From positions 160,001 to 224,000 of the forward strand of contig CAWHTE010000001.1 of NCBI GenBank assembly GCA_963832165.1: a stretch of DNA of 64,000 nucleotides. Reading direction: 5' to 3'. The DNA comes from an uncultured delta proteobacterium. GTDB lineage: Bacteria; Myxococcota_A; UBA9160; SMWR01. The translations under genes and the position numbers were made by a program. The notes under the pieces are model-generated. The model made no database searches. It was not told where the DNA came from and was given only the letters and a program-made list of their open reading frames with translations. Each line of letters starts with the position of its first letter. Within the stretch, counting starts at the first letter, position 1. Of this stretch, positions 19,237 to 28,606 are shown piece by piece.

Positions 19237-20101
19237 CTAATCCCGGATGCGCTTCGTGATCTCGGCGTATGCGTCGATCCGCCGGTCGCGCAGGAACGGC
19301 CAGTTGCGGCGCACCGCTTCGATCGCGCCGAGATCGCAGTCGACGAGCAGCGTCTCCTCGCGGTCCGACGCCGCGCGCGCGATCACGCGCCCGAACGGGT
19401 CGGCCACGAACGACTGACCCCAGAAGCGGATGCCGTCCTCGAGCCCGACGCGGTTGGTCGCCGCCACGAACACGCCGTTTGCGATCGCGTGCCCGCGCTG
19501 CACCGTCTCCCAGGCGTCGTGCTGTGCGGTGTCGGTGGCGGAGCCCTCGTCGAACTGCCAGCCGATCGCGGTCGGGTAGAACAGGATCTGCGCGCCGGCG
19601 AGCGCGGTGAGGCGCGCCGCTTCGGGGAACCACTGGTCCCAACACACGAGCGTGCCGATCGTCGCGGGCCGCATCGCGAACGCGCGGAAGCCGGTGTCGC
19701 CGGGCGCGAAGTAGAACTTCTCGTAGTAGAGCGGATCGTCCGGGATGTGCATCTTGCGATACATCCCGAGCGGTGCGGCCATCGGCGTCGAGCATGACCG
19801 CGGTGTTGTGGTAGACGCCCTCGGCGCGGCGCTCGAACAGCGACGCGATGATTGCGATTTCGCGCTCCGCGGCGAGCTTCGCGAGCGCCTCGGTGCTCTC
19901 GCCCGGGATCGGCTCGGCCAGGTCGAACTTCTGCGTGTCCTCGCTCTGGCAGAAATACCGGGAGCGGAACAGCTCGGGCAGGCACGCGATGCGCGCGCCC
20001 TGCTGTGCCGCGGCGTCGATCTTCTCGAGCGCGCGCGCGAGGTTCGCAGCCGGGTCTTCCTCCACCCGCATCTGGATCAGCGCGATCTTCACGCCCGCCA
20101 T
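19237..20101 (-). CDS. aguB: N-carbamoylputrescine amidase (carbon-nitrogen hydrolase; frameshift near 19777)
   Basis: LPELF...YFCQ in one frame; YRKMHIPDDPLYYEKFYF and CWDQWFPEAAR in the next; adjacent to aguA. Confidence 0.85.
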
Positions 20102-20131
20102 TCGGGTTGCGTAGGCCAGCGGGAAGGGGGA

Positions 20132-20148
20132 GGCAAGACCTTTGCCAG
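20132..20148 (-). promoter_or_regulatory. Candidate sigma54 (-24/-12) promoter of aguBA
   Basis: CTGGCAAAGGTCTTGCC: GG-N10-GC with TGGCA and TTGC. Confidence 0.5.
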
Positions 20149-20193
20149 GCCCTGTGACCGGATCCGTCACGCGCCCGCCCGATACCCCCCGAC

Positions 20194-20742
20194 ATGGAAA
20201 CCATCCGATCGTTCGCAAAAGGGGTGTTCGAGGCCGCCTGCGTGGTGGCGCTGTTCCTCGTGGGAGGGCTCGCCTTCGCGGCCGTGCTCGGCGGCGGTGC
20301 GCTGCCTGCGGGCAGCTCTGCGCTCTACCTTCCCCCCGACATGGAACCGCAATCGCCCGCGGACGCGCCGCGCGTGTGGCTCGTCGACGGCTACAACGTG
20401 CTGAATGTCGGCCTGCTCGCGGGCCGCGTGCGCGAGGGCTGGTGGACCGGGCCGTTCCGGGACGAGCTGCTCGGACGCGCGGATGGCTTCGAGCTGGAAG
20501 ACGCGGAGGTCTGGGTGGTCTTCGACGGCGCAACCCCACCCGATTCCGAGCGCGCCGGACGGGCGCGCTCCGTGTTCGCGCCGAGCGCCGACGAATGGCT
20601 GCTCGCGCGGATCCGCGAGCGCGATCCCGCGCAGGTCGCGCTCGTCACGGCCGACCGCCGCCTCGCCGCGCGCGCGCGCAGCCGCGGAGTCGAGGTCGTC
20701 GCGCCCGCGGCGTTCCTCGCGCGCTGCCGCGCGCTGAGTTGA
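20194..20742 (+). CDS. NYN (YacP-like PIN) domain protein; true start may be 20341
   Basis: WLVDGYN, VVFDG, SADEW and VTADRRL acidic PIN/NYN motifs. Confidence 0.78.
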   Translation: METIRSFAKGVFEAACVVALFLVGGLAFAAVLGGGALPAGSSALYLPPDMEPQSPADAPRVWLVDGYNVLNVGLLAGRVREGWWTGPFRDELLGRADGFELEDAEVWVVFDGATPPDSERAGRARSVFAPSADEWLLARIRERDPAQVALVTADRRLAARARSRGVEVVAPAAFLARCRALS

Positions 20743-20743
20743 G

Positions 20744-20782
20744 CGGTGACCCGCCCGGCGCTCGGCGCCGAGCGGGTCACCG
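20744..20782. terminator. Inverted repeat between convergent NYN and RRM genes
   Basis: CGGTGACCCGC(c)CGGCGC-tcg-GCGCCG(a)GCGGGTCACCG. Confidence 0.65.
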
Positions 20783-20791
20783 GGAATTCGC

Positions 20792-21043
20792 CTAGCGGCG
20801 GCCCTTGGACTCCGCCTCGTTCACGCGCAGAGACCGACCGCCGACATCACGGCCGTCGAGCGCAGCGATCGCGGTGTCCGCGCTCGCCGTATCCATTTCG
20901 ACGAAGCCGAAGCCGCGTGAGCGGCCCGACTCGCGGTCCATGACCACCGAGGCCGAAGTCACCTCGCCGTGCGTTGTGAACAGCTGGCGCAGGTCCGCGT
21001 CGGTGGTGGTGAAGGGAAGGTTTCCAACATAGATCTTCTTCAA
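20792..21043 (-). CDS. RRM (RNP-1) RNA-binding protein
   Basis: KIYVGNL (RNP2) and RGFGFVEM (RNP1); TTG start with AGGAG RBS. Confidence 0.92.
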   Translation of the reverse strand: MKKIYVGNLPFTTTDADLRQLFTTHGEVTSASVVMDRESGRSRGFGFVEMDTASADTAIAALDGRDVGGRSLRVNEAESKGRR

Positions 21044-21319
21044 GAGAGAACTCCTGGGTTCGAGCGTCGCTCGAATCGCATTGATGAGCCGTCGTGCGGG
21101 CCGTGGGGCCTCAGTTCTTGTCGCTGCGGCTCCGCGCCGCGCGTCGGCAGGTTGGCCACGGGAGCTCCATGCTCGCGTGGCTGTTTCAAACGAACGCTGC
21201 CGACCTTCAGACTGAGACGAAACTCGGAGTGGAGTACCGGGCTGGCTTGCTTGAGACGCGCGTAGAGTACAACACTTCCCGTACAAGCGCTGACGGGGTG
21301 GATCAGCGACACTCGACAC

Positions 21320-21763
21320 GTGGCCGCTTCTTCTGCTGTTCGGGTGTTTCTGAGCTTCGATGTCGACCACGACGCGGATCTCGGTGATCGACTGTCCGAG
21401 CAATCGCGGCGAGGTGGATTCTCGGTTGCGTCGCGCTCGGAACGCGGAGCGATGACGGATCGCTGGCACGCAGGCGTGCGACGCCGAATGCGCGATGCCG
21501 ACGAGATCATCGTGATCTGTGGCGAGCACACCGGCGCATCCGATCGCGTGAGCGCGGAGATGCGCATCGCGCAGGAAGAGCAGAAGCCCTACCTCCTGCT
21601 CTGGGGGCGTCCCGAGCGGATGTGCTCGATGCCGCTCGGGGTCAAGCGGACGGCGTGCATGTACCGCTGGACCCGCGAGAGTTTGATGATGCTCGTGGCA
21701 CAGACGCTCCGCGACGCACAGCCGCTCGTGATCCCGGAGAATTGCAAGCGCCCGTACGGCTGA
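21320..21763 (+). CDS. TIR-like domain protein (MTH538/DUF1863, Thoeris ThsB-like)
   Basis: VFLSFDVDHD...W...VRRRM...IIVICGEHT...VSAEMRIAQEEQKPYLLLWGR...YRWT; conserved Glu retained. Confidence 0.75.
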   Translation: MAASSAVRVFLSFDVDHDADLGDRLSEQSRRGGFSVASRSERGAMTDRWHAGVRRRMRDADEIIVICGEHTGASDRVSAEMRIAQEEQKPYLLLWGRPERMCSMPLGVKRTACMYRWTRESLMMLVAQTLRDAQPLVIPENCKRPYG

Positions 21764-21770
21764 GGTGGCA

Positions 21771-22568
21771 TCACGGTCGGCCGATCTGCCCGCGGAGCAG
21801 CTCGGAGACCGTCACGCACTCGAGCCCGCGCTTGCGCAGGGCCGAGAGGATCTGCGGCAGCGCTTCCACGCACGCATCCCGTCGGGCCCCCGGCAGATCG
21901 TGTCCGTCGTGCATCACCACGATGTCGCCGGGGCGGATCCGGCGCAGCACGCGCGCGGCGACCACCGCGGGATCGGCCCCGATGCGGTCGCGGCTGTGCA
22001 GTGACCAGGCCACGACCGCGAGCCGCTTCTCGCGTGCCGCGACCGCAAACGGCGGGCTCTTCACGCCGAACGGCGCGCGATAGAGCGGCGGCGCGCCATT
22101 TCCCGCAATCGCCGCGATGGCGCGCTCGCCGCGCTCGATCTCTGCGAGCTGCTTCCCGACCAGGGCGAAGCCGCCCCAGCGCGAATGCCCGAACGTGTGA
22201 TTGCCGAGCTCGTGGCCCTCGGCGACCGCGCGCCGTGCGATCTCGGGATGCGCCTCGAGCGCACGGCCGATCGAGAAGAAGGTCGCGCGCGCGCCGTGCT
22301 TCGCGAGCGCGTCGAGCACGGCCGGCGTCACCTCGGGATCCGGCCCGTCGTCGAAGGTCAGCGCGACGCGTTTGCCGTCGCGCGGGCCGTGGCGCCAGGT
22401 CGGATAGAGCACGCTCGAGTCCGGCCGCATCATGCCGTCCATGAACAGCGCGAGAAAGAGCGCGGGCAGTCCGAGCGTCGCCGCCGACACCCCGAACACG
22501 AGAGCCGCGCCCGCGGTGGTCGCCGCCCAGGCGAGCAGGAGCAATCGCGCGCGAGAGAACGAGAACAT
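21771..22568 (-). CDS. Polysaccharide deacetylase (NodB/CE4) with N-terminal membrane segments
   Basis: LTFDDGP, ATFF, GNHTFGH, YRAPFG and VVMHD motifs. Confidence 0.9.
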   Translation of the reverse strand: MFSFSRARLLLLAWAATTAGAALVFGVSAATLGLPALFLALFMDGMMRPDSSVLYPTWRHGPRDGKRVALTFDDGPDPEVTPAVLDALAKHGARATFFSIGRALEAHPEIARRAVAEGHELGNHTFGHSRWGGFALVGKQLAEIERGERAIAAIAGNGAPPLYRAPFGVKSPPFAVAAREKRLAVVAWSLHSRDRIGADPAVVAARVLRRIRPGDIVVMHDGHDLPGARRDACVEALPQILSALRKRGLECVTVSELLRGQIGRP

Positions 22569-22597
22569 CGACCCGAGATCCACGACTGTTTTCGCTG

Positions 22598-23609
22598 TCA
22601 GGTCCGGTCTCCGGGCCAGAAGTCGAAGAAGTTGAACCACTGATACGGCGCGCTCATGCAAGTCTTCTCGAGCGCGTGCGCATAGCGCTGAGCGAGCTCT
22701 TCGGCGTACTTGCGGCGGTCGCTGCGCGGGACCACGCCGGCCGGCGCGAACGGCACCGCGCTCGCGCGGTAGCGCCCCGGGCCGGTGCGCACGCAGCCGG
22801 TCAGGATGATGGGGCAGCCGATCACGGCGTGGAGCAGGAACGGACCGAGCGGGAAGCGCGCGCGACGGCCGAGGAACGTCGCCGGTACCGAGCGCTCCCC
22901 CTCGGTTTCCCAGACGCGGTCGCACATCATCGCCACGTGCTCACCGCGCGCGAGCGCGGCCTTCATGTCGAACACGGGGCGGATCGAGCCCGGCTCGAAC
23001 GGGATCATGCGCAGCTTCAAACCCGGGTGGAGCCGCTCGAAGAATTCGTTGATGCGCTCCGCGTTGGCCATGAAGATCAACACGTTGATCGTGACGCCGG
23101 TCTGCTCCGCCACCGAGCGCAGGAGATCGCTGCTGCCGAGATGGGAGCCGAGCAGGATCGCACCGCGCCCCTGCTGAGCGAGCTCGAGCAGGATCTCGGT
23201 GCCGTCGTAATCGACCTGGATGATTTCGGTGTCGCCGCTCCAGACGATCATGCGGTCGACGCATCTGCTCGGCGAACTCGTGCAGGTGGCGGAAGGCGTG
23301 GCGCGAGGTGGGCGGCTCGCCGAGCGCTGCGCGGCCGCCGGGTGCGGCCCACAGCGTGCGCAGGTAGTCGAGCGATGCGCGGCGCACCCCGCGTCCGGTC
23401 GTGAAGAAGTACGCGACGACGGGCGTGAGGAAGGCGATCGTCGCGCGTCGACCGAAGGTCCGATAGACCCAGCGGATGAAGCGCAGCGCGCCCATCGAGC
23501 CGCGCTCCGCGATGCCCGACCACTTGGGCCGGTTCCTGCGCTCCTGCGGCGGAGCGATCGCGCCCACGCCGCTCGCGGTCTCCGTGCTGTTTGCGATCGG
23601 CTCGCTCAT
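22598..23609 (-). CDS. LpxL/LPLAT-family acyltransferase (frameshift near 23261)
   Basis: [10 protein letters not shown]-terminus; GSHLGSSD (HX4D), CDR, FLG...FPLGPF and [11 protein letters not shown]. Confidence 0.8.
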
Positions 23610-23637
23610 CCGGCGCAGGCTCCCGATCCCTCGGAGA

Positions 23638-24465
23638 TTACTCCGCTTCCTCGATCAGGCGCAGGATGCGCGCGGCGTTCTCCTCCGCGGCGCGCCCGCT
23701 GATGTCGACCACCTGCCAGCCGTGCTCGCGGTACAGGCGGCGCGCGCGGCGTACCTCCTCGATCAGCGCCTCCGGATCGGCGTAGGTGGAGTAGGGCGGC
23801 GCGCCGAGCGCGCGCACGCGCGCCTGGCGGATCGTGAGCAGGATCGACGGATCGATCGTGAGCGCGAACACCTTCTTCGGATCGAGCTCGAGCAGCGCGC
23901 GCGGCGGCTCGATGCCCGGCACGATCGGCACGTTGCCGGTCTTGTAGCCGCGCTGGGCCAGGTACATCGAGAGCGGCGTCTTCGAGGTGCGCGACACGCC
24001 CGTGAGCACGAGATCGGCGCGCGACAGCGTGTGCAGGTTCGCGCCGTCGTCGTGGCGCACCGCGAACTCGACCGCCTCGATGCGCTTGAAGTAGTCGTCC
24101 GAGAAGCCGTGCAACAGGCCCGGCTCGGAGCGCGGCTCGGCTTTCACGTGCTCGGCGATCTTCGCGATCATGCCGCCGAGCACGTCGAGCGTGGGGACGC
24201 CGCGCACGGCGGCCTCCTCGAGCAGTCCCTGCGCGACGCGGCGGTCGACCAGCGTGAACAGCACGAGCGCGCCGACGCGCTCTGCCTCCGCGACGACGCG
24301 CCGCGCGAGCGACGGCTGCCGGATCCCGCCAAAGCGGCGCAGCTTGCACTCGACCTGGAACTGCGCGAGCGCGGCCCTCGCCACCGCGGCGCCCGTGTCA
24401 CCGGTGCCGTCCGAAACGATGAAGATCGGCCGCGACACCGCCAGCGGCTTGTTGTCTTCGCTCAC
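23638..24465 (-). CDS. ppsR: PEP synthase/PPDK regulatory protein (kinase/pyrophosphorylase, DUF299)
   Basis: [24 protein letters not shown] and [15 protein letters not shown] motifs. Confidence 0.9.
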   Translation of the reverse strand: MSEDNKPLAVSRPIFIVSDGTGDTGAAVARAALAQFQVECKLRRFGGIRQPSLARRVVAEAERVGALVLFTLVDRRVAQGLLEEAAVRGVPTLDVLGGMIAKIAEHVKAEPRSEPGLLHGFSDDYFKRIEAVEFAVRHDDGANLHTLSRADLVLTGVSRTSKTPLSMYLAQRGYKTGNVPIVPGIEPPRALLELDPKKVFALTIDPSILLTIRQARVRALGAPPYSTYADPEALIEEVRRARRLYREHGWQVVDISGRAAEENAARILRLIEEAE

Positions 24466-24531
24466 GCTGGGAGCTTGCCGACTCCCGACCCCGAAGTCGA
24501 TCGATTAGATTTCCCGCCGCAAGCGGTCCCC

Positions 24532-24561
24532 CGCGCGCAGCGAGGCGGAGCCGAGCGGAGT
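24532..24561 (+). repeat. Dispersed REP-like repeat, copy 2 (just upstream of leuS)
   Basis: CGCGCGCAGCGAGGCGGAGCCGAGCGGAG. Confidence 0.65.
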
Positions 24562-24570
24562 CCAAAAGGC

Positions 24571-27184
24571 GTGCCGTACGATCCCGCAACGATCGAAGCG
24601 AAGTGGCAGGCCTGGTGGCGAGAGAACGAGGTCTTCCGCAGCCAGCTCGACCCGAGCAAGCCCAAGTTCTACGTGCTCGACATGTTCCCGTACCCGTCGG
24701 GCGCCGGGCTGCACGTGGGGCATCCCAAGGGCTACATCGCCACCGACGTCGTGTCGCGCTACAAGCGCATGCGCGGCTTCAACGTGCTGCATCCGATGGG
24801 CTGGGACGCGTTCGGTCTGCCGGCCGAGCAGTACGCGATCGAGACCGGCACCCACCCGCGCGAGACCACCGCGAAGAACATCGCGACGTTCAAGCGCCAG
24901 CTCCAATCGCTCGGCCTCGACTACGACTGGTCGCGCGAGATCGACACCACCGATCCGGGCTACGTCAAATGGACGCAGTGGATCTTCAGACGCCTCTACG
25001 AGATGGGCCTCGCCTATCTCGCCGAGGTGCCCGTGAACTGGTGTCCCGCGCTCGGAACCGTGCTCGCGAACGAAGAGGTGATCGACGGCAAGAGCGAGCG
25101 CGGCGGACACCCCGTGGTGCGCGTGCCGATGCGGCAGTGGATGCTCCGGATCACCGCCTACGCCGACCGCCTGATCGAGGATCTCGATCTCATCGACTGG
25201 CCCGAGTCGATCAAGAAGATGCAGCGCGACTGGGTGGGGCGGTCGGTGGGCGCGCGGATCGAGTTCGACGTGGAGGGCTCCTCGAAGAAGATCGAGGTGT
25301 TCACGACGCGGCCCGACACGCTGTTCGGCGCCACCTATCTCGTGCTCGCGCCCGAGCACCCGCTCGTCGCCGAGCTCACGGCGCCGGACCGGCGCAGCGC
25401 CGTCTCGACCTACGCCGTGCAGGCCGCGCGCCGAAGCGAGCGCACGCGGATCGCGGGCGGTCGCGGAGAAGACGGGCGCGGCGATCGGTGCCCACGCGCT
25501 CCACCCCGTGACCGGGGCACGGATCCCGATCTGGGTCGCCGACTACGTGCTCGCGAGCTACGGCACCGGCGCGATCATGGCCGTGCCCGGCCACGACACG
25601 CGCGACTGGGAGTTCGCGCGCGCGATGGACCTGCCGATCGTCGAGGTGGTCGCGGGCGGCGACGTCGCCGCGGCCGCGTACGAAGGCGACGGCACGAACA
25701 TCAATTCGGATTTCCTGAACGGCCTCGCGACGGAGCCCGCCAAGGAGCGCATGTGCGCGTGGCTCGAAGAGCACGGCCGCGGCCAGCGCGCGGTGAGCTA
25801 CAAGCTGCGCGATTGGCTGTTCTCGCGGCAGCGCTACTGGGGCGAGCCGCTTCCGGTCGTGCACCGCAAGGACGGCAGCACGGCGCTCGTGCCCGAGTCG
25901 GCGCTGCCGGTGCTCCTGCCCGAGCTCGACGACTTCCAGCCGTCGGGAGAATTCGAGACGCCGCTCGCGCGCACCAAGGATTGGATCGAGACGCGCGACC
26001 CCGAGACCGGCGAGCCCGCGCGCCGCGACGCCAACACGATGCCGCAGTGGGCCGGCAGCTGTTGGTACTACCTGCGCTTCTGCGATCCCCGCAACGACAC
26101 GGCGCCGTTCTCGCCCGAGGCCGAGCGCTACTGGATGCCCGTCGATCTCTACGTGGGCGGCGCCGAGCACGCCGTGCTGCATCTCCTTTATGCGCGCTTT
26201 TGGCACAAAGTGCTCTACGACCTCGGCCTCGTGCACACGCTGGAGCCGTTCCAGAAGCTGCTCAATCCGGGCATGGTGCTCGGCTACAGCTACCGCTTCT
26301 ACGACGACGATCCGAGCGACCAGCGCGCAAAGCGCGCGATCCATCCCGCGTCGGCGGTCGTGCTCGACGGGGAAACTCCGCGCCACGCCGAGACCGGCGT
26401 AGAGCTCAAGGAGCGCTGGCTGAACGCCCCCGAGGTGCGCTGGATCGACGAACAGCCCTACCACCCGACCGCCGACGTGCTGCTCGAGACCGTGACCGAG
26501 AAGATGTCGAAGAGCCGCGGCAACGTGGTGAATCCAGACGAGGTGATCGCGCGCTTCGGGACCGACGCCATGCGGCTCTACGAGATGTTCATGGGGCCGA
26601 TCGAGAAGGGCGCGCCGTGGTCGGATGAGGCGATCCCGGGCCTGCACCGCTTTCTACAACGCTCCCATCGCCTGATCACGGGAGACGATGGGGGCGGCGA
26701 GCTCGCGCCCGGCGAAGGCAGCGACGATCAGGCGCGGCTGCTCGCGGAGACGATCGCGGGCGTCACGGACGACGTCGAGCACATGCGCTTCAACACCGCG
26801 ATCTCGAAGCTCATGGTGTTCGTGCGCGACATCGCGCGCGACGCCGCGCTGCCGCGCGAGGGGGCGGACGCGTTCGTGCGCCTGCTGGGTCCGTTCGCGC
26901 CGCACCTCGCCGAGGAGCTCTGGCGCCAGCTCGGCCACACCACTTCGGTCGCGCTCGCGGCCTGGCCCGAGGCCGACCCGGCCCGGCTCGTGCGCGCCGT
27001 GGTCCGGCTCGCCGTGCAGGTGAACGGCAAGCGCCGCGACGAGATCGAGGTGCCAGCCGACGCCGACGAGCCCGCAATCCGAGCCGCCGCCCTGGCATCT
27101 GAGAATGTGCAGCGGCACCTGAACGGGCGATCGCCGAAAAAGGTGATCGTGGTCCCGGGGCGCCTCGTGAACGTGGTCGGCTGA
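24571..27184 (+). CDS. leuS: Leucyl-tRNA synthetase (frameshift near 25456)
   Basis: [43 protein letters not shown] and KMSKS; removing one G in gcgggcgg joins the frames. Confidence 0.95.
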
Positions 27185-27187
27185 AGT

Positions 27188-27208
27188 CCAGCGGCCTCCG
27201 CTGGTTTT
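27188..27208 (+). terminator. Intrinsic terminator after leuS
   Basis: CCAGCGG-cct-CCGCTGG followed by TTTT. Confidence 0.65.
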
Positions 27209-27290
27209 CGGACCACGTCCGGCGATTTTCGTCCCCGCGGGTCTGTAATTCTTCCACGATCGGCCGATCTAAAGGGTGAGCGGCTGGCGA

Positions 27291-27306
27291 TGGCATCGCC
27301 CATGCA
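27291..27306 (+). promoter_or_regulatory. Candidate sigma54 promoter of the small gene at 27333
   Basis: TGGCATCGCCCATGCA (GG-N10-GC); predicted start ~27317, just before the AAGGAG RBS at 27321. Confidence 0.55.
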
Positions 27307-27332
27307 GGGATGTCTCGTAGAAGGAGCTAATC

Positions 27333-27599
27333 GTGGCCCGGAACACTGCTGAAGCGGAAGAGGCCCCCAAAGTTGGAGAAGTGGAAGGGGCAAAACTGGA
27401 CCCGATCAGGGTGGTGAAGCGCTCGCTGACCCGCCCGGACGGCTCCACCGTGGTCGTCGAGGTGCCGGTCTACCCGCCGTTCCGTCTCGCGGAGCGGCCC
27501 ACGAGCCGGAAGCCCCCCGCACGGATGCGGTCTGCACCGTCGCTCAAGCGCAAGCGCACGAGCTCGGGGCAGAAGCAGAGCGAAGCCTCGGAGGACTGA
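27333..27599 (+). CDS. Small hypothetical protein (88 aa)
   Basis: AAGGAG RBS and GTG start; fills the gap between leuS and convergent cyoE. Confidence 0.65.
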   Translation: MARNTAEAEEAPKVGEVEGAKLDPIRVVKRSLTRPDGSTVVVEVPVYPPFRLAERPTSRKPPARMRSAPSLKRKRTSSGQKQSEASED

Positions 27600-27605
27600 G
27601 CCCGG

Positions 27606-28526
27606 CTAGAGGGCGAGGTCGACGAGCATCGCCAGGAACAGCGCGAACAGGTAGACGAGCGACACGCCGAACGTGCGCCGCGCTGCCGCGTCGCTGCGCT
27701 CCCGCAGCACGCGCACGACGTGCCAGAGGAACCAGGCGTCGAGCGCGATCGCGCAGGCCAGGTAGAACGGTCCGAGCAGGCCCAGCGGCGTCGGTGCGAG
27801 CGTGAACGGCACCAGCGCGATCGCGTAGAGAAGCATGCGCCGGCGCGTGGGCTGATCGCCGATCACGTTCGGGAGCATGGGAATGCCCGCTTTCGCGTAG
27901 TCGTCCTTGCGGAACAGCGCGATCGCCCAGACGTGCGGCGGCTGCCAGAAGAAGATGATCGCGAACAGGAGCCAACCCGCGGCGCCGACGTGCCCGTTCG
28001 CGGCCGCGTCGGCGATCAGCGGCGCCGCTGCGCCGGCCGCGCCGCCGATCACCGCGTTCCACGACGAGCGCGGCTTGAGCCACACCGTGTACACGAACAC
28101 GTAGAACAGGATGCTCGCAACGCCGAGCGCAGCCGCGAGTGGCCCCGCCACGACCTGGAGCAGGAGCGCCGACACGATCGCGAGCGCGAGGCCGAACGCG
28201 AGCGCGGGCGCCGGCGAGATCTCGTGCGCCGGAAGCGGGCGCGTGCGCGTGCGCTCCATCAGCGCGTCGCGGTCGCGCTCGATGTAGCAGTTGAAGGTGT
28301 TCGCGGCGGCCGCAGCAAGCGCGATCCCGAGCAGGGTCGCGGCCACGAACGACGGCGCGGGCCAGCCGCCCGCTGCCATCCCCATCGCGGGCAGCCCCGT
28401 GAAGATCACGAGCAGGAGGATGCGCGGCTTGGTCAGCGCGACGTAGCCGCGGACACTCCCCGCCGTCTGGCGCGCAGCGACGCGGAGCCGAGCGGAGATC
28501 GGTGACGGGAGGGCTGCCTGGGCCAT
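27606..28526 (-). CDS. cyoE: Protoheme IX farnesyltransferase (heme O synthase)
   Basis: LTKPR, ERDRDALMERTRTRPLP, YTVWLKP and FWQPPH...DY motifs. Confidence 0.93.
   Translation of the reverse strand: MAQAALPSPISARLRVAARQTAGSVRGYVALTKPRILLLVIFTGLPAMGMAAGGWPAPSFVAATLLGIALAAAAANTFNCYIERDRDALMERTRTRPLPAHEISPAPALAFGLALAIVSALLLQVVAGPLAAALGVASILFYVFVYTVWLKPRSSWNAVIGGAAGAAAPLIADAAANGHVGAAGWLLFAIIFFWQPPHVWAIALFRKDDYAKAGIPMLPNVIGDQPTRRRMLLYAIALVPFTLAPTPLGLLGPFYLACAIALDAWFLWHVVRVLRERSDAAARRTFGVSLVYLFALFLAMLVDLAL
28470..28502 (+). repeat. Dispersed REP-like repeat, copy 3 (inside the cyoE 5' end)
   Basis: GCGCGCAGCGACGCGGAGCCGAGCGGAGATCGG. Confidence 0.6.
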
Positions 28527-28606
28527 GGCGGGTCGGGGCAGGGGGTAGCACTTGACCCCGTGGCGGTCGACCGAGCCCGCCCCGTCGTCCGGGTATCTTG
28601 CGCGCG

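Noticed and set aside
20194..21763. Complete Thoeris system or defence island
   Set aside because: Only one TIR gene is present, with no ThsA-type effector and no mobile genes nearby.
24466..24570. T-box or attenuator upstream of leuS
   Set aside because: The region is too short and has no T-box motif; the structure is explained by the dispersed repeat.
24571..27184. Split (alpha/beta) LeuRS or programmed frameshift
   Set aside because: One extra G in a G run joins the halves seamlessly. There is no stop/restart at the junction, and four similar indels occur elsewhere.
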